From NCBI RefSeq assembly GCF_037042905.1, contig NC_087251.1, positions 1 to 64,000 of the forward strand: DNA of 64,000 nt, read 5' to 3'. Every line of letters begins with the position of its first letter. Positions within the stretch are counted from its first letter, which is position 1. Position numbers and translations under genes: made by a program. Origin of the DNA: Lytechinus pictus (taxonomy: Eukaryota). This document shows positions 41,621 through 55,491 of the stretch, in pieces. The notes below the pieces were generated by a model that was not told the DNA's origin, ran no database searches, and saw only the letters and a program-made list of their open reading frames with translations.

Positions 41621-41877
41621 CACTAGCGTACCTACGGGGGGGGGCAGTCTGCCCCCCCCCCCTGACGAGCCACAACCCATACAACAGACATATCCATGCC
41701 CCCCTGACGAGCTTGAAAGACCTTTTTTGCCCCCCTGACGAACTTGAAGACCTTTATTGCCCCCCCCCCCCTGACGAGCTTGAAGGCCTTTTTTTTTTTT
41801 TTTTTGCTTGCTTGTCAGAAATTTTTGCCGGGCGATTTTGCCCCCCCCCCCTGTGGAAAATCCTAGGTACGCCACTG
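41621..41877. mobile_element. hAT-like MITE, same family
   Basis: CACTAGCGTACCT...AGGTACGCCACTG; 8-bp TSD GTATGGCG/ATATGGCG. Confidence 0.82.
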
Positions 41878-42929
41878 ATATGGCGCACATCTCGGGCCCC
41901 TGCTACCGGTATACCTGTATCTTTCCCATATAGGCGTATGAGCCCGGGGGTGTTGGCCCCCAAATATTTTATAAATTGATGATAATCGGGGAACCTGGGT
42001 CATTTGCAAATATTCGGGAAACAAAGTGCTAAAAATATCCTCAAAAATTTGGAGTAATTTTATATCTGAATGCACATGTATTCATATTCATACGCTTTTA
42101 TAACCAACTTTTCTCACTTGCTCTTAATAAAATCTAAAAGGCTGATATTCTGGCAATATTGATATTGTTAAGCCCTCCCGCCCCCCCCCCCCCTCCCCCA
42201 CAAAGGTGTGCTCGTACGCCCGTACCCACTCACCGTACACAAAACTACTTTGGGGATTTTGCAAGAAGGGGTAGCGCTTTTGTCGGTGCCAAAATAAACT
42301 CAAATAATCAATACCATATCACACTAATCCCTTTTTTATGAAATAAAGGAAAAACACTTAACTATATATATAAATATTTTAAATATACAATTTTCAAAGC
42401 TTGCTCCCTCCATTCTCTAGCACTCGTACATTCTCTTCAAGTTGTGACATTGTATTTAACTTTTATATGCAGGAAATGTTCACGAGGACATAATGTAATT
42501 TTAGATTAACATGCTTTCCCTATAACTCTTGCTTTTGATATCCCAAAATCCTCCGAATCTCTATCAGACCTGGGAGGGGAAACGCCCGCATTTCTTCTCC
42601 CGGTCGCATTGCAGTTTAACAGTCATTAATCTGCTAAAAATTGATCATTTATTATACCACTTTAAAGTCATGCTTTATTACAATATCCACAACTTATATT
42701 CCATTCCGGAAAACTGCATGGCTTGTATGTACTCCCTGTGTCTCTCAATCGTCATTTCATTTCCTTACTAGACATGGCTATTTATACTTTGCGAAGCGTT
42801 CGCTCGTTCGCACATTTAAGTGAATTGCATGGATTCTTGCCTAATATACCCCCAATAAAACTGACTACTTGTGCTGTTGGTTAACGGGAATAAATTTCTG
42901 CTATTCTGGAGTATTCCATTCGCACACAA

Positions 42930-44655
42930 AGACGCAGTACAAACATGCATCAGAAAACTTTTATTGAGACCCCAAATGCAACATTTTCCCTGCCCTGAGA
43001 TGGGGACACCCCTTCCCAGACACTCCACCGCTCGGTCGCTCTGCTCCCTGGCAATGTTCTCTTTCAACGATAATATCTTCTTATCAGGAGTACATCACAC
43101 ACCACATAAAAAAATTACAACACAAAATATGCACAGAAAGCATGTTTTTCTGACAACAAAATATTCCCCTGCTCTGGGAGAGGGACCTCTCCTCCCAGAA
43201 ACTCACCCATCCGGTCCCTTCGCTCCCTCACATTTTTTCTTCCAACAATTCCCGCTTTACAGAGTATGTCATTATTCATATCAATATAATCACAGCACAA
43301 ACATGGTTCAAACAGGTTTATTTTTGAGACGCCTAAATTATTTTTCCCTGCCGCTGCATAATGGGGACACCGTCTCCCACACACTCCTACGTTTGGTAGC
43401 TTTGCTCCCTTGCAATTTATTTTATTTTTTTACAGATAATTTCCACTCTTGAGTAGTACTTAACACACCGCATAATCACATCACAAATGTGCACCAGAAA
43501 TCTTGTTTTTGAAATACAATGCAAAATTTTCCCTTCTGTGGGACACCCTCCTCCCAGACCACCCCCCCCCCCGCTCGGTCGCTTTGCTCCCTCGCAATTT
43601 TTTTCTTTTAACAATACTTCCACTATTGAATAGTACATCACACACCACATAATCACATCACAAATATACACCAGAAATCTTGTTTTTGAGATACAATGCA
43701 ACATTTTCCCTGTTGTGGGACACCCCCCCCCCCGCTCGCTTTGCTCCCTCACAATTTTCTCTTTTAACAATACTTCCACTATTGAGTAGTACATCACACA
43801 CCACATAATCACATCACAAATATGCACCAGAAATCTTTTTTTTTTTTTTTTTTAGATACAATGCAAAATTTTCCCTTCTGTGGGACACCCTCCTCCCAGA
43901 CCCCCCCCCCCCCCGCTCGGTCGCTTTGCTCCCTCGCTATTTTCTCTTTTAACAATACTTCCACTATTGAATAGTACATCACACACCACATAATCACATC
44001 ACAAATATACACCAGAAATCTTGTTTTTGAGATACAATGCAAAATTTTCCCTGTTGTGGGACACCCCCCCCCCCGCTCGCTTTGCTCCCTCACAATTTTC
44101 TCTTTTAACAATACTTCCACTATTGAGTAGTACATCACACACCACATAATCACATCACAAATATGCACCAGAAATCTTTTTTTTTATTTTTTTTTAGATA
44201 CAATGCAAAATTTTCCCTTCTGTGGGACACCCTCCTCCCAGACCACCCCCCCGCTCGGTCGCTTTGCTCCCTCGCTATTTTCTCTTTTAACAATACTTCC
44301 ACTATTGAGTAGTACATCACACACCACATAATCACATCACAAATATGCACCAGAAATTTTGTTTTTGAGATACAATGCAAAATTTTCCCTGTTGTGGGAC
44401 ACCCTCCTGCCAGACCCCCCCCCCCCCCCCGCTCGCTTTGCTCCCTCACAATTTCTCTTTTAACAATACTTCCACTATTGAGTAGTACATCACACACCAC
44501 ATAATCACATCACAAATATGCACCAGAAATCTTGTTTTTTTTTTTTTTTTTAAATACAATGCAAAATTTTCCCTTCTGTGGGACACCCTCCTCCCAGACC
44601 ACCCCCCCCCCCGCACGGTCGCTTTGCTCCCTCGCAATTTTCTCTTTTAACAATA
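42930..44655 (+). repeat. Tandem repeat of ~155-185 bp units with alternating A/B variants
   Basis: ATCACATCACAAAT anchors at ~43474, 43652, 43808, 43993, 44149, 44331 and 44503; ~3 degenerate units upstream. Confidence 0.92.
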
Positions 44656-45819
44656 ATAGATCTCTATTTAGCAGTATGTGCATAATATGCATTATCATAC
44701 ATACATTGCGCACTAGCAATCGCGCTTCCGAACTTCAATGAAAGGCTTCATGTGATTGGTCAAAGTGATAAGAACGAATATCAGAATGGACTGAGCATAC
44801 GTATGCTTTTAGCTGACGTGAGATATTAGCATACGCGTTCTCAACTCATACGTATGCTACCAGCTGACGTATGGTAAAAGCATACGCGTGCATAAAACCC
44901 AAATCGAGCTCGCTGATTGGTCCATTAGAGCACACGTACTCTTAACGGAGAACACGTACTCTTAACAAAGAACACGTACTCTTTTTTTAGCATACGTATG
45001 GTAGTTCACGTTTTTGGCACTATCGGCTTTCCATATATGTACACTGTACCAACGCCTTGTCTTCACGTAAGACGTACACGCTGTGTAATGAAAATGACCC
45101 CCCCCCCCCCCCTCTCCCCGGCAACGCGCTCTAACACCCATGCCTATATCCCATCATACGTTCCTCGACGCTCCTAGAAAAAAATCGCAGTGGGACGCCC
45201 CAAGTTCCAGGGAATATCATGGGCGTCCACTGGCGTATAGATCGGGGCGGCTTGGGGGCCATGTGCCCCCAAATAATTCACGACCAAGAAAAAAAGAGAA
45301 CAAGATAGAAAATGAAATGGAAAGGGTGAAATGGTATATTATTTTATGAATATTATGTCAAACTCTTTAAAAAAAAATCGATTTCTGTATTAAAGATGTC
45401 AAAAATTTTGCTCGCTCGCTCGCATCTGGCTAGAACTATTGTTCCATCAGCCAATTTTGGCTCATTATGCCACTGTGAGGGTCAGACCAGTGGGCATATA
45501 AATGATCCCAGCTCGCATATTGCGCTATTTAGTAAGATACGGAACATGATTGTGTGTTCTTTTTTAATTGTTCCGTTTTCATAACCTATGAAAAAAAGTT
45601 TCAGCTTACCTTACATGTAGCTCCCCCATAATTTAATTGGCGAGATACGTATCCTTTTGATTGATTTCTGGAACGGATATCAAAATATTTTGAAATATTT
45701 AAAAACAAAATGAAAGGAAGGAGAATGAAATATAATACAAATAATACTACTATTAATGATAACAATAATGATGATAATAATAATAATGAAAATAATAATA
45801 ATAATAATAACAATCATCT

Positions 45820-46510
45820 GGTTGGCTATAATGCGCTTAAGACATTGTATGTATCTAAGCGCTTACATACCCATCACCCCGGTCATCATTTAAAACAGCT
45901 ATTCCCGCACACAACGTATGCACATCCTCCACTCCCTGGGGAGTATTCCAGCCTGTCACTGATGAGGCGCACACAATGCACGACAAGCTACAATGACTTT
46001 CACATCTTACAATTTAGCACCTGGGTTGAGAATGGCAAAGCGTGAATTAACGACTTGCCAAAGGATGCTACACCGCGGTGGAAATCGAAAACACGACCCT
46101 TTAAGTACAAGACAAGAGTCAGAACCGCTTCACCACACCACCACTAGCGTACCTAAGGGGGGTGGCAGACTGCCCCTCCCCCCTGACGAGTCACAACTCA
46201 TGTAGGGGACGTATCCCTGCCCCCTGACGAGTCACAACTGATACAGGGGACGTGCCCCCCCCCCCTTTTGAGAAGCCAAATTAATAATTTGTAATGTAAA
46301 AATGCAATGAAAACCTTTTTTTTTTTTTTTTTTTTTTTTTTGCTTGTCAAATTTTTTGTGTGGTAAGAAATGCTTTATTGTGGTTGAAGAACTTTTATAT
46401 TTTATTTTATTTTTTTGCTTGTCACATTTTTTCGCGGACGAAATATCCTCCAAAAATTTGCCCCCCTTCTGGAAAATCCTAGGTACGCCAGTGCACACCA
46501 CGACGCTTCA
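45820..46510 (-). mobile_element. tRNA-derived SINE with its head interrupted by a MITE
   Basis: Minus-strand decayed A box and B box (GTTTTCGATTTCC) at ~46075-46135, followed by CCTTTGGCAAG and CTCAACCCAGGTG core-like motifs. An (AAT)n tract lies at the tail side. Confidence 0.65.
46142..46493. mobile_element. hAT-like MITE, same family
   Basis: CACTAGCGTACCT...AGGTACGCCAGTG with a perfect 8-bp TSD CACACCAC. Confidence 0.88.
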
Positions 46511-46682
46511 ACTTTAAACTTTAGTCTTTAGTTAGGACTAACCCTATAAAGAATAATAATAAAAATCCGCTTTTAGCGGCTGATCGGCGAAAATGTGGAT
46601 GAAAACGTCCCCCCCCCTTCCCTATTGGCGAAAGCTTGGTCCACTCCTTGAATATGTCTCAAGTTCACGATCACAATATTTC

Positions 46683-48177
46683 CCTTTTCTGGTAAATATA
46701 TCCAAAATATTCAATTAGCGCATCGCACTCTCATTTCTTTTACGAGATATCCCCCCCCCCCCGAGATATGCTTGTTGTTTACAATTTTTTAAAATGCGTA
46801 TAAATGTCCCCTTTCCAGGTCAATAACAGCTCGCGCTTTGTGCTCGCATTATAAATTCAGTGAGATGCGTATTGGGTTTCATGAATTTGTAACTATATTA
46901 TTAAGGGTATATATATTATTGTCTTTTAAAAATAACATTATTTGTTTAGACGTTATGAGAGAGATACATACATACATTCATTTATTAAAATATATTCATA
47001 TTGTCGCTGTTGCACAGATGAGGAAAAAAAAATACAACCGAAGTCTAGTTTTATAGTAACTCACCAGTAGCGTAATGAGCCAACAAAAAATGGAGGGGGC
47101 CAGACAAGGATGACATTTATTTTCCTTTCCTTTATTCTTTTTTTTTTTCATTGGTAGGGAGAATGGGGGGATCCGTGACCCCTAGCACGCCCCTCCCCCA
47201 TCTGTACGCCAGTGATGATCATACTTTCGTTTGAAACAAATTTAAAGAAGAAAGATGCAAGGGTAGATAAGGCCCAAGACGTAATAAAAACTTATTGATA
47301 AAAATATAAATAATTATAATGCTGACAAATGTACAATAAATCAAGCGGTCACCAATGAAAATAAACAGCGTGAAAGAACAAAACGAGAAAGAGCGAGAGA
47401 GAGAGCTATACAGCCCGCGCGAAGGTATGGTGTATAAGTTGCTGGAAAGCAGAAGCAGAAGAGATATTGTGTCCAACACCCCCCCCCCCCCCCCCATTCT
47501 CTCCCCGCTCAAGACCGGAGTGAATATGAGCAAAGATCCAGATTCACAATTTCAATTGGGAGTGTGTCATTCCCTTTCTCCGTTACAATTTGTCAAGTGG
47601 CAGCGGCAGGGAGAACAATTTGTTTTTTTAAGCAGAAAGCTGTGATGATAGGGAGGGAATGAAATAATAAAACATTAACGAATAACAAAAACAAAAACAA
47701 AACAAAAACAAAACAATTTGTATCAGGATGAATTTCTTATCGTTTAAACATAGACAAACTTGGAGAAATAAGATGTTCATGCAATTGTCGTATAATCCGA
47801 GCACATGACGGCGGAGCAATTGACGGCGGAGCAATTGTCGCGGAGCAATTGTATAATCGGAGCAGATGTCGGCTGAGCAATTTTTGGCGGAGCAGATGTC
47901 GGCGGAGCAAATATCGGCGGAGCAATTGTCGCGGAGTAATTGTCGTATAATCTGAGCAATTTTCGGCGGAGCAAATATCGGCCCAGCAATTGTCGTATAA
48001 TCGGAGCAATTTTCGGCGGAGTAATTTTCGGCGGAGCAGATGTCGACGGAGCAAATATCGGCGGAGCAAGTGTCGACGGAGCGACTGTCGGCGGAGCAAC
48101 TGTCCGGAGCAATTGTCGGCGGAGCAGTTGTCGTATTTTGCGTAGCAATTGTCGGCGGAGCAATTGTCATGGAACCC
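46683..48177 (-). mobile_element. Terminal arm of a second copy of the foldback MULE
   Basis: Inverted homologue of 15146-16467, including the GGAGCAATTGTC array (47780-48170) ending GTCATGGAACC. It points toward the transposase exon at 24041. Confidence 0.85.
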
Positions 48178-48824
48178 TTAATATATAGCTTCCCCTGTCA
48201 ACCGGGCCCTGTTTCGCCCCTGCTCAAAATCGGGTTCGCGCTTGATTATTAATTTGTTATAAAACGTCTAGCATTGACGCGCGCACATACACGAATATTC
48301 AACAAGTATATCAGATGAAGACGTGAAGTCAGCAATCACCCCGATTGCGCTGGTATAATATTCACAGCACGCACACACATAAAGCATTCTATATCTGACT
48401 CTCGATCGCTTCTCCCTGCATAGCCTATGCAATAGCAAATAGTGCGAAATAGTACGTGGTGGCTTTGTGTGAGAAATATAACTTTGCTATTCGGTTGTAC
48501 ATACATACTAATTGTGGAATATGTCTGTTTGATTATTATCGGCGAGACCTCAGCCTGTACGAATTGTGATTAATTGCTTCTGGTGTTAAAATCGAATCTG
48601 TTGTTGATATCAAGCTCGAACCGATGGTTGTGTTCTACGGGTGATCTCTGCAGTGGGTATTACATTTCGCGCGGGTATAAGCAGAAAGTTAATAGCTCAT
48701 TATACTGGCTCTTTTATGCACTGAGGATTAAATCGGCTGTAAACACAACTCGTTTCGTGCAGCTCATACACTACTCGCGAAGAAATAGGCGGTGATTTGG
48801 ATTGCATGAGTGGAGAGCTATTAA

Positions 48825-49157
<333 letters not shown>

Positions 49158-49784
49158 GCATAGATGAATAGTCTCGCCCTTATTTAAGCAAATTCTCTAT
49201 TGAAATTCCTTTGGTCACCGTTTGCTGCTGTTTAAATTTGCATAATATTATTGCAATTACGCGTCCAGGTAAACTGATGCAATTAAAGTTATATGAAGGT
49301 AATAAAAGAATACTCGCTATTTTCAACTTCTTACGCGAATAAGCACCTAAACCCATGTATATTTTATGACAATGAGACTTCAAAAATCGTTATTTCATTA
49401 TCTTCGTATATTAAATATATATATATTCAATTCAAGACTTTATTCCAGACACAGCTCCATAAATAATTATGTATAGAGAGTAGAACAAGTTATAAAATAA
49501 TCACACTAAAATGGTTCTTAAAAAAATATGAATACACAAAACAAAACAACAGCAATGTATGAAAAGTACAATGGAAATATTTACAAATGGCAATATGAGT
49601 AACTTGTTTCAATAAAAAATAGATATACATACGTAACTATTTTAGTAGATCACGACTCATAACTTTGCCATCAATTGTTGTATCAATGCTTCCACAATGG
49701 GTTGACCAGTATACTTACAATAGTATTTTCAGACATGTCAATTCTCTCAACAAACTTAAAAGTTTAGTTTCTAACAACGGCTTG

Positions 49785-49829
<45 letters not shown>

Positions 49830-50213
49830 CATGTATACATATACATGTATAAATATACACACAAACACAGTCATGCTAAAAAAGGTAAGTAAACCCCTCC
49901 GGAAAATGCACTCCTTCATGCTGAGTGTTGGATGTAGACATCAACACTACAATGTTCGGCTAGCCCAGAGAAACAAATTTATCACCTGATTTCACAATTA
50001 AATATGGGAGAACAATTTAAATATGTTCAATTTCTGGTCGGATTCACTGTAGTTTGAGCACCACTGTATGTTATATATTAAGATATATGTTTGTGTACAT
50101 ATATACTCTACATATACATACAGAGTTCGCCATCTTTAATTGTTAATTGTTACAGAGGTTTGATTTATTTTCATGTATATAGCAGCATATTTACATAATA
50201 TATTTCATATTAA

Positions 50214-50960
50214 CTTAAAAGGACTGGGCTATTTGAGATGCATTGAGTTCTTGGGGCATGATCCCCCCCCCCCCCTTCTGATCTCAGCCGCCGTTCGCGC
50301 GATCCCGCCGAAGTTTGGCACGCACATTCTTTACCACATAAAATACAAAACAATATTTAAACAATCTGAAAATAATTATTTTTATTATGAATAAGATATG
50401 CAAATTTATTCTTGAAAAACATAATTTCGTATTATAACTCCCAATTTCACTTCATATTTCTTATTTTATTTCCAGATGTCGTCTTTGTAATCTGATTTAA
50501 AGGTTTCCACAAAGCAAAAATTGAAAGCCAATTTTTATCTTGTGTATTTCTTTGTTTCTAGAATGTCTTATTTATTTCTTTTTTTTCATCTTTTGTTCTT
50601 CATTGTTTTTTTTTTCAATGTAAATTTTTACAGACCATTTTAACAACTAAATCAAACCCTAAATTGATTATCCAGACCAATTACAACGAAAAATAATCAT
50701 CCTTTTATGAATTTCATCTGCCATAGACTTTGTACACAAAGAATAAAAATGAGCCATTTTCGGCATGACATTGTCTCGTAAAAAGTCATGTGGCGTCGTG
50801 ATGCTATACCCGCATGTCGCAAATTTGGTCTCAAAAGTTGTGCTAGAGTTCCAAAGAAAAAAGTCAAAAAATTTTGCGGCCCTATCCTTTTGCGTTTCGG
50901 AAATATCGCGCGAAGCGTTGAGGAGGGCATCATGCCCCCCCCCCCCCCGTCGTTTTAGGG
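50214..50960. mobile_element. piggyBac-like non-autonomous element
   Basis: TTAA at 50210-50213 and 50961-50964; right end ...CGTTTTAGGG, decayed left end CTTAAAAGGACTGGG. A related fragment lies at ~14150-14590. Confidence 0.65.
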
Positions 50961-51889
50961 TTAAGCCAGTCTGTTATTTCGTTACATGTGACATGGGCCC
51001 ATTTAAGTATTATCACATAAACAATAGTCTTTGATCACGTTGGCATGATAAAACATTCGTAAATCGTTATATAAGCACACTGTATAGATATATTAGCAGG
51101 GGTGGCACTCTTGTTTGACAGACGTAGAGCTCGAATGATTTTTAAGGGGTTTTATTTTATTACACAGTTTTCAATATAGTATCATGACTTTTTCATTCTT
51201 TCATCCAATTTTCTAATAGATTTGCAAAACAATTAGGGGCGGTTGCCCACTCTGCTCTTGCTTATTTTGGTTTCGCACCTGTATTCCTGCAGTTATGAAT
51301 TTCTCACTGAACATTCCCTGTTGAAAATGACCTAGTAACAACTAGGTATTAAATTCAATGTAATTTATAGTTCACACCATGCGTCATTATATGAATATTC
51401 TGCTGAAGATGTCGTTGATTGCATTGATATTGCCCCAAAATGTATTCTAATGGTTTCATATTTTTTCTTCCTTTTTAATTATATATTTGTATATAATTTC
51501 AGTATTATTTCTTAGTAAGTATTGCTATATTTATGTAAAATTATGTTTACGTTCCTCTTTTCTTGTTGTAAAATACTACAATTCATCTCATGCTGCGAAT
51601 CAATCTTGAAATAGAATACCATTGTTCATTCAATCAAAATGGTTTGGAAAGACTGGAACATCGCTTTGTCCCCTTCTTTTCACATAGAACATAAAAGAGC
51701 AATTTGACAGAGATAATTATTTTGGGATTGTCCAATTCTTCTTCCCTAATAAGGGGAATTTTTTATCATATTTGTGTTCTCTTCAAGTGAATACGATTTA
51801 CATTATAAGAATAATATTAATGATAATGATATAGGGAATTCATATAACGCACATATAGGTGTTCGTTGCTCATATGTTACCCCTGCTAA

Positions 51890-52319
51890 AGCCCCCATCA
51901 CACTTATTCCGAATCAAACAGAATTGGCTGGAAAGAAAACACTATTGTTCGACCACCAGCTGTTCATTTAAATCTACTTCGAACACCGTTCGAAAATACC
52001 CCTCGAATGTTTTGAACATGACCAAAACCTTCGGGACGGCCAAAAGAAATGACAAAAATATTTCGAATTCACTCAGAATGCAGTCAGAATATTTAGAATG
52101 CGCCTAGAATGTCCAAGAATGTAGCACGAATTATCTATCCGACTATATTGCGGTTCAGTTTGACTAGTGTAATATGATTCACCTGGTCAATTTACTTAAT
52201 TTCAACTCCAGTTTGGTGAATTGATAAGTTCGTCCCAAAATTTCTAGATTTTTTGATTATTTTTTTCGTTCCAGCTTCTGCTTGATACCTGTCGATTCCG
52301 AATAAGTGTGATGGGGGCT
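51890..52319. mobile_element. PIF/Harbinger-like MITE
   Basis: TIR AGCCCCCATCACACTTATTC(C/G)GAATC; 3-bp TSD TAA on both sides. Confidence 0.85.
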
Positions 52320-53373
52320 TAAGCTAGTGTCCTGATTCCGGTGTTCACAGCTTTGTGAAGAATTTCTTCCTACCGTTACCCATTTTCCTTCCCTGGTTTG
52401 AGTGCAGCACATTGTGTATCACTTTCTTGCTATAGGAAATAACGACATGGTTGGGATTCGAACTCACGACCAGTTCTACCTTAAAGTTCGAAGACTAATT
52501 CGTTTGTTTTGTTACTCAAAAGATGTCAATTTCGCATCTCCATTTTCGTGAGAAATAAAATCTAATCCAATTATTTGAATATTTCCCAAATTTTGTGTAT
52601 GCCTATGATTTTCAGACATGGTTAGTGTACATGGAGCCCAATTATTAATGTTAATATTCGAATACATTTCCAATTTATTTATTAATTTTAGAATGGACAT
52701 TGATTATATTTTATTAGAAATTAATTAGGCCTACTTTAATCCATTCCATTTTGTATTGTGCTCAAAATTTCGGTCACAAAGCATCTTTGAACCATGAAAG
52801 TACAACAAAAAGGCATCTGAAATGCGTGTGATAAGTATGATAAGAGGAGCAAGAAATTTGTTTCGTTCTTAAAGCGGTGAATAAAATGTATTATTACATC
52901 TGAGGGTGCATCATTTAAAATGCATGGGGTTAGAACGCCGAGATTTAACTATTCGCTTCAATTTCACCTCTCTCATTCCTGATTACGGAATGAGCTCTTG
53001 CAATAATCGAGTATGACAATATGGCAAAGTGACATAGTATCAGGCAGTTGGGAGAGACAGTATGGAGCAAATACACTGATGTCGAGTCCACAATCATGCA
53101 GGGTTGTGATAATAACATACTCTACCAAAAGAAAGAATAGGCGATTAAATTTGTAGATTATGATGATGAGCCTTTAGTCTACCATAGAATAAACCACCCC
53201 CCCCCCATCCCAGCGAATACAGCAAGCATATTATGACTAACCCTATGCTCTACACACAAAATATATACATGATTGTTCTCGATAGTGCGGGTATATTAGT
53301 GATTATATTGGCGGTCGCTGGTAGGTAATGCTGTCTTCAGTCAGATCACCGGGTTTAATATATTCTTATTATT

Positions 53374-54046
53374 TAGTGGCGACACCAGAATTTTTATTCT
53401 TGGGGGGGCCTACATTTTGGGGCCAAGGTGAACACAATTTTTTTTGCCCGTTTCAGGAAATCCAGCGCAAAGCGTATGATATAGGTCATACCGACTTGAA
53501 AATGGACTATTTTTATCCAGAGATGATAAATGGTCGCTCAAAGCACTTTTCATAACAATAAACAGGATGGGTATCTAATTAATCCTATTGTGCCAGCGCG
53601 TAGAGCGAGCTGAAAATGTTTGATATTTAGCTTTTTTTGTAATAATAAACATGCAGGATGTATATCTTGCTGAAACAAATAATAAAAACTCGAACCATGA
53701 GATTAATGATTTGGGCTTATTGACTTGAACGCTGAATTAATTATTCTATTGAAGAGATTATTTGTCTCAATCAAAGCCACTTACGTAATGACTTGAAAGG
53801 TTTCTGTTAGTGACTAATATTGTTTCGAGCTAATAGTGACTGGATGAGAAAAAAAATAAAATTGGGGGTGTGGAAAATGCTGTTGCGGAGCACCTTACAG
53901 CTTGAGTAGGATGTTATGACAGCTATATTTTTTTTTCAACTTTCGAAATTTCGAAGGGGGAGGGGGGGGCAAGTAGAAGTGGCAACGATCCTGACTGGGG
54001 TGCAAATGCCCCCATGCACTGCCCTAACCCCTTGGTGTCGCCACTG
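53374..54046. mobile_element. Old hAT-like MITE
   Basis: AGTGGCGACACCA...TGGTGTCGCCACTG inverted ends; TSD not recognisable. Confidence 0.5.
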
Positions 54047-55040
54047 TTTATCTGTTCATAAGCCAAAGAGATTGTATATGAAATCGCCTGTACACTCTGA
54101 AGTGAAATGTTGCATCACGATAGAAAACTGCCGATGTATGGTCAGTTCTTAAAATGTTAGATTTGGCCTTTCTACATAATCATATTCAAAACTGAGTGAA
54201 AAATAATCAAACCTGATTTCTTGTTAAAGCGTTTAGAGCGATACGTCGTCAATAACAATATTAAGGTAAAAGGAGCGAACAATTAAATGTTATCGCTTTG
54301 TTGTAAATTGGTTAAAACTGCCTTTTTTGTAACAATTTGGCCCGATACGCCATATATGGACCCCCAAAATAAATTAACTATTAAAATGAAATAAAATACT
54401 CATTACGCCACGCACTCTTTAAACTGATCACCATATAATTGTTTACTTTTGCATTGTTTTGTGGTTGTTTTTTGCTTTTTTTTTTGTTCTCCATTATATT
54501 CCCTCTGTTTTGTTGTTTATTCTATATTTTTCTCCTAACACTGAGGAAGGCCAGGTGCCCAAAGCTTTACGGCTCGTGTAGCTCTGCGTCATTTGTGACC
54601 ACACACACACACATATATAATATATATGTATATACAAAAATATATATGTGTGTATATATATATATACAGTTATATATATATATATATATAAATGTGTAAA
54701 GTTATACATGTACAACAGCTTTGGCAACTCCTTTATCTTAATATTGTAAAGAAATGGATGAAGAGAACAATGGTAGGCGTAGCTTAAATCAAGGTTCCCC
54801 AGAGCTATCCCCAGAGTTGCCAAAGCTGTTGTACATGTATAACTTTACACATTTGTATACTTTCTCCCATACGTGTACTGTATCAAAGCAATAGCTTTGA
54901 TCCAGCTGAAGCATGGCGGCTTGTCATTGTTCGAAACCCACCTTCATCCGACAAAGGAAATTATAATTGGTATAGTGTCTAAAATCTGTCTATCTGACGG
55001 TCAATCGGATCGGGGTCGCCCTAGCCACTAACCCGTCTCT

Positions 55041-55491
55041 TACCGTGTTTACACTTAATCGGCATTTGAATCGGCTCGCGGTTCTGAACCGCGAGCCGAT
55101 GCAGCATCGGCTTTTTCATAGCGTGTAAACGCGAGTAACTTGAATCGGCTCGCGGTTCAGAACCGGCAATTTGCACCACCAAAGTAGTAGGTTCTGAACC
55201 GCGAGCCGATGCAGAATCGGCTTTTTTACAACGTGTAAACAGAAAGCCGATTCTGCACCGGCAATTTGTGCGCATTTCAATTACTTTACCATTGTGACGT
55301 AATTGTTAGCGCACTGATCAAGCGTTGTCTTTATTATGACGTATATTGTAGGTATGCGTATCATTTCAAGTTTTTGCATCGGCTCGCGGTTCTGAACCGC
55401 AAGCTGTAACAACGTGTAAACGCAATCCAAATGCCGATTCTGCATCGGCATTTGGTTCAGAACCAAATGCCGATTAAGTGTAAACACGGTA
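55041..55491. mobile_element. PIF/Harbinger-like MITE inserted in the tRNA acceptor stem
   Basis: TIR TACCGTGTTTACACTTAATCGGCATTTG; 3-bp TSD TCT (55038-55040, 55492-55494); internal palindromic repeats. Confidence 0.88.

Larger units (their letters stand above)
24055..45032. mobile_element. Giant (~21 kb) TIR-bounded element, superfamily uncertain
   Basis: ~185-bp TIRs at 24055-24239 and ~44847-45032 with ~3 mismatches. ATAT on both flanks (24051-24054, 45033-45036). Left and right subterminal regions differ, but both repeat the palindrome CATACGTATG. Confidence 0.75.

Noticed and set aside
43417..44741. Repeated MHICDVIMWCV ORFs
   Set aside because: Translation of the satellite; homopolymer length changes break frames.
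52325..52480. Minus-strand tRNA-like B box
   Set aside because: Decayed SINE head without a cloverleaf; not a tRNA gene.
54900..54950. Hammerhead ribozyme or SECIS candidate
   Set aside because: Core reads CTGAAGC rather than CTGANGA, and the minus-strand hairpin lacks the 3' GA of the SECIS quartet.
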